A DNA stretch of 10,383 nt, from NCBI GenBank assembly GCA_018985225.1, contig JADGIF010000349.1, positions 1 through 10,383 of the forward strand, written 5' to 3'. The stretch comes from Amoeboradix gromovi X-113 (Eukaryota; Fungi; Sanchytriomycota). The first letter of the stretch is position 1, and every line of letters begins with the position of its first letter. The position numbers were made by a program, and so were the translations under genes. Shown piece after piece: positions 1-7,469 of this stretch. The notes beneath the pieces were generated by a model. It worked only from the letters and a program-made list of their open reading frames with translations, had not been told where the DNA came from and ran no database searches.

Positions 1-80
1 TAGCGAATGGTGAGAGACCAGGTTGGCAGAGAGGGGATTATACAAACAACGAGAGTTCGCCTATTGCCTAGGTGAAGAAA

Positions 81-169
81 TATGGGACACTACTGTGAAA
101 ATTTCAACTGGGTAAATCTTGTCACCCGTTTTTTACCCAAAGTCTGCTTTTTACAGAGTGTGTCCCATA
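81..169. repeat. Imperfect nested inverted repeat (long hairpin) upstream of IleRS
   Basis: TATGGGACAC (81-90) is the exact reverse complement of GTGTCCCATA (160-169). CTGTGAAAA (93-101) pairs with TTTTTACAG (148-156) with one G-T pair. TGGGTAAA (109-116) pairs with TTTACCCA (132-139). Function unknown. Confidence 0.75.
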
Positions 170-233
170 GTCTACTGCATAACTTCGTTATAAAAAAACT
201 GCAAATATTGGAGCTCTCCTTGAATCTTCGCAT

Positions 234-3200
234 ATGAATTTCGCACAAGAAGAAACTGCCATCCTAGAGTATTGGCAAGAAATAAATGCATTTGAAAGGT
301 CGGAAACACTAACCAAGCATAGGGAACCTTTTACTTTTTATGACGGTCCTCCATTCGCTACAGGTTTACCTCATTATGGACATCTGCTATCTAGTGCTAT
401 TAAAGATACTGTTTGTCGATTCTGGATCATGAACGGCAAATATGTCGAACGCAGATTTGGTTGGGACTGCCATGGCTTGCCTGTGGAGCATGAATTGGAC
501 AAATTGTTGAATATAAAGAGTCGTCAAGATGTCTTAGATATGGGCATTGATAAGTACAATGAGCAATGCCGCAGTATAGTCATGAGATATTCCAAGGAAT
601 GGGAAACAACTGTTACTCGTATTGGTAGATGGATTGATTTCAAAAATGATTACAAAACTCTCAATTTGTCATTCATGGAATCAGTTTGGTGGGCATTTAA
701 ATCTTTATGGGACAAAGATCTTGTGTATCTAGGCTGTCGGGTTATGCCGTACTCTACTGGTTGCAGTACACCAATTAGCAATTTTGAAGCTGGATTAGCT
801 TATAAAGATGTTATTGATCCTGCTGTTGTTGTCAGCTTTCCTTTAGTTGATGAGGATGCAACGTTTTTAGCCTGGACCACTACTCCCTGGACTCTTCCCT
901 CTAATTTGGCGCTTTGTGTGCATCCTGACTTTGAGTATATCAAAATTAAAGACGAGTCAATTCATCCTTTACCAATGATATTATTGAAGTCGTGCTTAAA
1001 TGCGCTGTACAAGGACCCTAAAAAGGCGAAATTCACTGTTCTAGAGACCTATATTGGAAAGCAACTGGAGTTCAAGAAATACAAACCTTTGTTCAATTAC
1101 TTTCCCAATCCAAATGCGTACAAGGTTCTATGTGACACTTATGTTACTAGTGACTCAGGTACCGGTATAGTCCATCAAGCACCTGGCTTCGGTGAGGATG
1201 ATCATCGTGTTTGTCTAAAATACGAAATTATCACTACAAGTGTTGATAGCGTACCTTGTCCTGTAGACGAAAGCGGCAACTTTACTGAAGTAGTTGCAGA
1301 CTTCAAAGGATTGTATGTGAAAGAGGCTGACAAGCTGATCTGTCGTAAATTAAAGCAAGAGAACAGAATAATCAAACAAGGCACTATAACTCACAGCTAC
1401 CCATTTTGCTGGAGATCAGACACTCCTTTGCTCTATAAAACTGTTCCTTCCTGGTTTATCAAAGTAGAGCACATAAAAGATGATTTGATTAGAAATAACA
1501 AACAAAGCGTATGGGTTCCTGAATTCGTTCAAACTAAGCGTTTCCAGAACTGGCTAGGCAATGCTAGAGACTGGAATATAAGCAGAAATAGGTTTTGGGG
1601 TACTCCTATCCCTCTCTGGGTCAATGAAGATTTAACTGTAATGAAATGCGTAGGAAGTGTTGAAGAACTGCAAAAGCTAACTGGCTCTTCCAACATAACT
1701 GACATACATCGTCACTTTATTGACAACTTGACAATTAAGACCAAAGATGGTGTCGTTCTTCATCGTATTGATGAGGTTTTCGATTGCTGGTTTGAAAGTG
1801 GCGCAATGCCTTATGCTCAGTCCCATTATCCTTTTGAAAATAAAGATAAAGTAGAAAGTACTTTTCCTGCCGACTTCATCGCTGAAGGATTGGACCAAAC
1901 ACGTGGATGGTTTTATACGTTACTGGTCTTATCTACGTTACTATTTGACAAGCCACCTGTAAGGAATCAAATCGTTTATGGCCTGGTCCTCGCTGAAGAT
2001 GGTAGAAAGATGTCTAAATCGTTAAAAAACTACCCTGAGCCGAGTAAAGTCATAAACAGTTACGGTGCAGACGCACTTAGATTGTATCTTATAAATTCTC
2101 CCCTAGTGCGTGCTGATTCTTTGTCTTTCAATGAAAAGGGAGTCAAGGAGTTATTGAGCAAAGTTTTTCTGCCGTGGTTCAATTCTTTCAAATTCTTTCA
2201 GTTACAGACTGATTTATTGGAAATGAACGGCACTATTTTTAAAAGCAATGCAAAATACCTGTCTTCCAGCAATCTCATGGATAAGTGGCTATTGGCAAGC
2301 CAACAGGAATTAATCGAGTTTGTAGTTGATGAAATGTCGAATTACAGACTTGACACAGTTGTGGGCAAGCTGTTGGGGTTTATTGATCAGCTGACCAACT
2401 GGTATATTAGATTTAATCGTAAAAGATTAAAAGGTGAGAATGGCCTTGAGGATTGCCTGTTCGCAATGAATACTTTATTTCAGGTTTTATTGACCATTAG
2501 CAGACTGATGGCACCTTTTACTCCATTTATGGCTGAATGTTTGTATTTGAAATTAAAACAGTTTACAACAGATGAGCAGCTATTGCAGAACTGCTGTGAG
2601 GGATTAAATAAAGACGAAACTCTAAGTGTACATTTTATGAAATATCCGACACCTAATAAAGTGTTATACAATGCAAACATAGTAACATCAATCAGTAGTA
2701 TGCAGCGAGTAATCGAACTAGTAAGATTAATAAGAGAGCAGCAGCAACTTTCGCTTAAAACCCCCGCAAGGGAACTAATTGTGATACATTCAGATGAGGA
2801 ATACCTGAAGGATGTTATACTTACTAGTGATTACATAAAAGAGGTAAAATAAACTAACTTAGGAACTCAACGTATTAAACATCACTACAACCAACGATGA
2901 GGAGAAGTATGAAATAAAATACAGATTGCAAGCAGATTTTAAGATGTTAGGACAGAAGTTAAAGAAAGACATGCCAAAAGTTAAAAAAGGATTGATGAAT
3001 GTTACAGAAAGTGAAATTAAAATGTTTTTAAAAGAGAAATTTATAAAAATAGAGGGACACGAGCTGTCAAACGAAGAAGTGGTCGTTATAAAGTACTTTG
3101 AACCGTTGGAGCGTATGAATAACTACAAGTTTAACATGGACGGGAATGTAATTGTTTTGCTAGACTGCAAGATAGATGAGGAACTGCAATGCAAAGGATA

Positions 3201-3456
3201 TGCACGGGAATTAATAAATAGAGTACAGCGATTAAGGAAGAAAGGTGAAATGGTACCAACAGATTCAGTGAAGTACTACATAAAGGGAAAGAAGACAGAA
3301 GGGCTAAGAAAAGCGTTAGAGAAAGAGAAGGAGATGATTGAACTGGCTATCAAATGCATACCTGAAATGGTAAATGATGTACTGGAATCCGACATACACG
3401 AGGAACAAGAGATTATGGGAGAGGTTTTTGAATTGTATTTGGTTAAAGGACGATAA
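234..3456 (+). CDS. ILS1: Cytosolic (eukaryote-type) isoleucine--tRNA ligase; join(234..2843,2863..3456), 1067 aa
   Basis: Class I motifs DGPPFATGLPHYGH (HIGH) and GRKMSKS. Also GWDCHGLPVE, editing-domain WTTTPWTLPSN and GTGIVHQAPGFGEDD, DWNISRNRFWGTPIP and EGLDQTRGWFY. The 872-aa and 176-aa ORFs join in frame after removing 2844..2862, restoring the conserved YIKE-ELNV junction followed by ADFKMLGQKLKKD and GYARELINRVQRLRKK. Confidence 0.97.
2844..2862 (+). other. 19-nt phase-0 spliceosomal intron (GTAAAATAAACTAACTTAG)
   Basis: GT donor after exonic GAG, branch-point CTAAC at 2854-2858 and TAG acceptor. Removal exactly restores the reading frame and the conserved EELNV motif of eukaryotic IleRS. 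Confidence 0.92.
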
Positions 3457-3881
3457 ATAAATAGTGTTAAAGAATAGCAATCATTCATTCCAAAAGTTCA
3501 TTCGTATTGATAAACTGTACATTGAGCTGGTAATTCGTGAGTGCTTGCAAAAACAATACAGTGAAATGCAGTTTATTTTTTGATAAAAATTGATCTTTAG
3601 CTACTGAATACTTTAGAAGAACCCTGATATATACGTGGCGCCGGATTCAAAGTCAGTTATAATCTCAAACAGTTGAGCAAGTTGTAATATCAAAGTTAAG
3701 ACGTTGTTCCAAGGCATATCTCTCTTATTGTGGAAATAGTTTAATACACAACAAACTATCAATTATTAAAAAAGTGTAAAAACATGAAGTTTTGAATTAG
3801 ATGGAGTCGATTGGTTTATCAACAGAGATAAAAGTATCAAGATCGAGAAAACAAATATCAGAAAAAGAAGTTTTATTCAAG

Positions 3882-4067
3882 TTAGTATAGGATTAATGCT
3901 GCTAAACCTGAAACTGACATCGCTTGAATACAGGATGATGAATATTCGGCTGTGGTGGTCGCAGATGGTGAGGTGTTAGGAGCAGATGGTACCTTTGCAG
4001 CTTCAGTACTATGGTCAACTCCATTGTGAGAGTATGCGATACTGAAAATCAAAACAGCTAGCTTCAT
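3882..4067 (-). CDS. 61-aa putative secreted, GPI-anchored Ser/Thr/Pro/Ala-rich peptide
   Basis: ATG start, signal-like MKLAVLIFSIAYS, S/T/P/A-rich spacer, small-residue SSS candidate omega site and hydrophobic terminal tail VSGLAALILY. AATAAA lies 4 nt after the stop (3877..3872), as in neighbouring genes. Confidence 0.7.
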   Translation of the reverse strand: MKLAVLIFSIAYSHNGVDHSTEAAKVPSAPNTSPSATTTAEYSSSCIQAMSVSGLAALILY

Positions 4068-4131
4068 TGAGACTGTAAGAGCGGTAGAATAACCCTATTT
4101 ATGTGTTTTTTGCAAGTTATGTGTCCAGATC

Positions 4132-4402
4132 ATTGGATGTGATATATTTACAATTTTTCGTTGATTGGCCCAAGTCAATTTACGTATTGGGGGTCTCCCC
4201 ATGCCCCAATGTTACATTGGTATTATATATTGGCATTTGCCTGATCTCACTTTTGTGCCTTTATAGTCGTGTATTATACTATTACGGGCTATTTCTAAGC
4301 CATATAGTTGATTTAATAGCCAACCAATGATAACAAACTTGCGCAAGGAATGAGTTTGAGCGAATTTTGATTGGTCATGTGTTTACAATTGTGTCATATT
4401 GG
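4132..4402. promoter_or_regulatory. Divergent promoter region with a cluster of CCAAT boxes
   Basis: Nine CCAAT/ATTGG pentamers start at 4132, 4164, 4186, 4206, 4216, 4229, 4324, 4370 and 4398, between divergent ATGs at 4067 (-) and 4438 (+). The palindrome CTTGCGCAAG is at 4338-4347. Confidence 0.5.
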
Positions 4403-4437
4403 AATGAAAACCCATTTAGCAATGGGGTTGAAACACT

Positions 4438-5280
4438 ATGATCATATTTGCTATTGCCCTAATGGCTTTGAGCGATATTATCCAAATATTAGAGAATGCA
4501 GTTGATGAGGCCGGTTTGGACATGTTGATAGACTGTGCAAAGAGACTCAAATTTGGGACTTGTCCCGTTGGTGTTCTGTCCCCCGTATCTTTGAATGCTT
4601 TTGGCATGCTCCACCAATTGCTGCATTCTGACTATAATAATGTACCTGATTATGCACTAATCGAACTGTACAGAAACGGTGCCCTAAAAAGTATGCTAGA
4701 TCCCAAGGCATATCCTGATGTAAAACTACCGGCTCTAAGTTGTCATGAAGTTTTGAAAAGAGATACACATGATAGTGCAAACTCTCAATTAGATCCTGAA
4801 ACTGGCATTACATATGGATCCATTAGCCCAGATTTGCCAAAACGAAGTGGAAGAAAAATTAATATATGGTATGTTTTAGGCATTTTAGTGCTGCTTTCCA
4901 GTGCTAGCGGAATACTCAGTGGAATAAATCTTTGGAATCGTTATAAACTAATCATTGAACAGGTAGATAGTGATCTTAATTTACACTGCCAGGAGACAGA
5001 TAACACTAGCAAATCCCGCGTAGTTATTGTCAAAGGGATTACTTATAAAGTTAGCCCAGAATCCGTTGCTAAGGGTATTAAGATAGATGATGAATCTCAA
5101 GTAACTGGTTCTGCTGATCCTAACGAAAGTAATGGTAGCGATGATTACTGCGCTCTACAAAGAAGACATAAACACTCATTGCAAAGTGAGAAACTGGAAA
5201 AGGTGTGGAGTATAGCTGGTCCTTCAATTTTTGGAATACTTGCTGCTCTATCATTGGCGGTTTTAGGAAACTGCAAATAA
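4438..5280 (+). CDS. Hypothetical 280-aa protein with N-terminal signal-like peptide and two predicted TM helices
   Basis: Long ATG-started ORF with hydrophobic N-terminus MIIFAIALMA and hydrophobic segments at about aa 141-165 and 257-277. The stop is overlapped by AATAAA (5276-5281). No family recognised. Confidence 0.8.
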   Translation: MIIFAIALMALSDIIQILENAVDEAGLDMLIDCAKRLKFGTCPVGVLSPVSLNAFGMLHQLLHSDYNNVPDYALIELYRNGALKSMLDPKAYPDVKLPALSCHEVLKRDTHDSANSQLDPETGITYGSISPDLPKRSGRKINIWYVLGILVLLSSASGILSGINLWNRYKLIIEQVDSDLNLHCQETDNTSKSRVVIVKGITYKVSPESVAKGIKIDDESQVTGSADPNESNGSDDYCALQRRHKHSLQSEKLEKVWSIAGPSIFGILAALSLAVLGNCK

Positions 5281-5392
5281 ATTTCTATCATCTTCTTTTA
5301 GAGCATTTAACTTCAAATATATGAGCAATTTAATTAATGTGTTGGAACACAGAAATACTATAATTTTGTTATTTTTTGAAACCACAGTTATC

Positions 5393-7015
5393 ATGGATAT
5401 CGACAAGAATGAAGATTACCAGGTTGATACGAATGAACCAATGACCTTGGAAATGCTAGAACAGCAGCTAATGCAGCTCCAACGAACAAACAAAGAACCT
5501 AAAATGGTAAAGGAATACGTTGAGCCTAAATTACCAACGACAGTTGAAGAACTGGAAAAAGAACTAACACAAGTTGGCGCAAAATCATTTAAACAACTGG
5601 AAAAGAAGGGAAGAGTTATGACAACAAACGACCAGAATTTTATTTTAAAGATGTCCATGGCTCAGATCGCAATCAATGATGAGTACGATGATGATTTCTA
5701 TAATAACGTGTACTTGATGGTTCGCCGGGAAGTTGGTAAGAATAGACAATCCAGCAGTGACTATCTTCAGCTATTAGTCAAGGGCTCTAAAAAGAAGAAG
5801 GAAACATTTACAGCTACATTGGAGAAGATTATAGAAAAGAAAAAGAGCACAGCCAATATTGACTTTGTTATCGAAGGTGCTTTGGGTAAAGTAAGTAGTG
5901 CTAGTAGCAAGAAGCCTCGCCAAGCGATAGAAGTTCCAGTTCTGAAAATGGAATTTAATGAACAGTTGGATGGTCCACTATCAAGTAAAATGCCTTTGAA
6001 AATGATTGAAGATATATACGAAGACGTTATAGAACTGGAGACCTGGAAAAGAAAGGCAAAAGCAACAACAGACACAGAGTTGATTGAAAAGAACTTGAAT
6101 ATTCATTTGACTCAATTAAAGCGTACATTTACCAACATTCTATCTAGTAAGGTGCCAATGTCTCAGCTGTTAAACCATTTGAAGATGATGCGGGTACTTC
6201 CTCGGGCATTTAGATTTTTACCTGATGATATTTGCATTTCCATAGTTTTTGGGATTTTAGAATCATTGGATTATTGTACTCTGATAGTGAAATTAGAACA
6301 GATAGAGAGTAGTATAAATTTAGTAAATAGTTATTTATCCGGGCTAGCCACCAAAGTCACCGTATTTCCTGCTGACATCCAATCATCTTTTTCATTGGTC
6401 TGTGATTACCTTTATGAATTTGAAATATGGCAAAACACGGCATCTAGCGCTATTCAAAGCACAATAATGGATATGGAATATGAGGACTTAAATAAAAGTA
6501 TGAAACTGTTATTAAAAGGAATTACACTGTCAGCAGTGATTAGAACTAAAGTTGGAATATACTTGTTAACTGCAATATTAAGCAGAGCACACGTGCTGAA
6601 ATCCAATTGCCCAAATGATGAATTCGATGAATTATTTGATATATTTTATAACCAAGTCAAGCCATATTTATCCATGGCATTCCCTCTACAGCAGGTTAAT
6701 TTTCCACATCCACAGCAACTGGCACCATGGAATATGACACCAGAAGAATATGTTTTGGTTATCACAAATGACGTACATGTTTGGCAATTTTTAGCAGCGA
6801 TGGTTATTAGTGCCAATGCGCATCAACAGACTGAGATAGTCTCAGAAGTCAGAGACAGAGTGATGTGGAATGCTACCGGGTCTTTTGAAGTTGGTCAAAG
6901 CTTGCGTTATACTTATACTCCAGACGAGTCATTTAATAAACTAGCAGGAAAGAGAGCAGTGGCAAATGTGAACTTGTTTTTACATTCATTGGGATTTGAC
7001 TCATCACAGTTATAA
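5393..7015 (+). CDS. PAT1: PAT1 mRNA decapping activator / P-body scaffold (540 aa from the preferred ATG; an upstream in-frame ATG at 5321 gives 564 aa)
   Basis: Matches remembered fungal Pat1 blocks: MTTNDQNFILKMSMAQIAINDEYDDDFYNNVY (cf. MTPRDKDFITRYQLSQIVTEDPYNEDFYFQVY), EGALGKVSSASSKKPRQ, VWQFLAAM..QQTEIVSEVRDRV and C-terminal NVNLFLHSLG. The start codon is uncertain. Confidence 0.88.
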   Translation: MDIDKNEDYQVDTNEPMTLEMLEQQLMQLQRTNKEPKMVKEYVEPKLPTTVEELEKELTQVGAKSFKQLEKKGRVMTTNDQNFILKMSMAQIAINDEYDDDFYNNVYLMVRREVGKNRQSSSDYLQLLVKGSKKKKETFTATLEKIIEKKKSTANIDFVIEGALGKVSSASSKKPRQAIEVPVLKMEFNEQLDGPLSSKMPLKMIEDIYEDVIELETWKRKAKATTDTELIEKNLNIHLTQLKRTFTNILSSKVPMSQLLNHLKMMRVLPRAFRFLPDDICISIVFGILESLDYCTLIVKLEQIESSINLVNSYLSGLATKVTVFPADIQSSFSLVCDYLYEFEIWQNTASSAIQSTIMDMEYEDLNKSMKLLLKGITLSAVIRTKVGIYLLTAILSRAHVLKSNCPNDEFDELFDIFYNQVKPYLSMAFPLQQVNFPHPQQLAPWNMTPEEYVLVITNDVHVWQFLAAMVISANAHQQTEIVSEVRDRVMWNATGSFEVGQSLRYTYTPDESFNKLAGKRAVANVNLFLHSLGFDSSQL

Positions 7016-7036
7016 ATAAATCATTGATTTATTTAT
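7012..7036. terminator. Perfect 25-bp palindrome carrying AATAAA on both strands between convergent genes
   Basis: ATAAATAAATCA-T-TGATTTATTTAT has 12-bp perfect arms. It overlaps the PAT1 stop and abuts the stop of the minus-strand ORF at 7040..7038. A 3'-end signal role is inferred. Confidence 0.6.
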
Positions 7037-7037
7037 G

Positions 7038-7433
7038 TTAAACCTTGAATTCAGATTTTGTGCTTTGATTTTTATGCCGAATAAACATTCTTATTCTTTT
7101 ATTATGAGATCTGTTATGAATCTCCTTTGCAACTAGTACTATTATTAAAATAGCTGCAGTTATTGATCCAAATATTGCAATTTCGGTACATTGCAATTCC
7201 ATCGTTTGAAATTCAACTACTCCTTTTAATTGGATATTGAGTAAAACAAGTTGCAATACAAGGAGTACGAACTTAAGTACATTGTGATAATAATATTGCA
7301 ATGTATGAAAGGCCACAGCTATCTGTTTTAGGATTTGCAGGCCTGCTCGCAGTAATTTTTAACAGTTCACACCAGTCGAGATAGTTTGATTGCTGATGTA
7401 CCGCCTTGATATTGTCTGAGAAACCTTAGACAT
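7038..7433 (-). CDS. Possible small membrane protein with two hydrophobic segments; 5' structure uncertain (single in-frame TAA at 7361..7359)
   Basis: Open frame from 7358 to 7038 with VLKFVLLVLQLVLL, IAIFGSITAAILIIVLVA and a basic tail. AATAAA is 4 nt after the stop. An in-frame ATG lies at 7433 upstream of one TAA. No family recognised. Confidence 0.4.
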
Positions 7434-7469
7434 GATATTTAAGGGATCTGATTAACAAAGTTAACAAAG

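Noticed and set aside
3-71. Open + frame ANGERPGWQRGDYTNNESSPIA* that may be the 3' end of an upstream gene
   Set aside because: Too short and truncated by the window edge; no recognisable motif and no AATAAA at the stop.
113-142. U5 snRNA-like or SECIS-like reading of the upstream hairpin
   Set aside because: The invariant U5 loop-1 GCCUUUUAC is absent. The GTGA at 95-98 lacks the paired helix II and opposing GA needed for a SECIS core.
179-192. ATAACTTCGTTATA resembles a loxP half-site (ATAACTTCGTATA)
   Set aside because: It has one extra T, no 8-bp spacer or second arm, and no vector context.
2926-3456. 176-aa ORF as a separate gene, or IleRS as a frameshifted pseudogene
   Set aside because: It starts with TTG and is the IleRS C-terminal exon; a canonical 19-nt intron joins it in frame.
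3485-3717. Two overlapping short minus-strand frames (MPWNNVLTL...; ...KYSVAKDQFL...)
   Set aside because: Joining them needs an 11-nt intron or a frameshift, and no homology is recognised.
4103-4330. 75-aa + ORF
   Set aside because: GTG start, low-complexity hydrophobic translation of T-rich DNA, located in the divergent promoter.
1151-7003. Gcn4-type TGACTCA sites at 1151, 6108 and 6997
   Set aside because: All lie inside coding sequence, not in the IleRS or LYS1 promoters.
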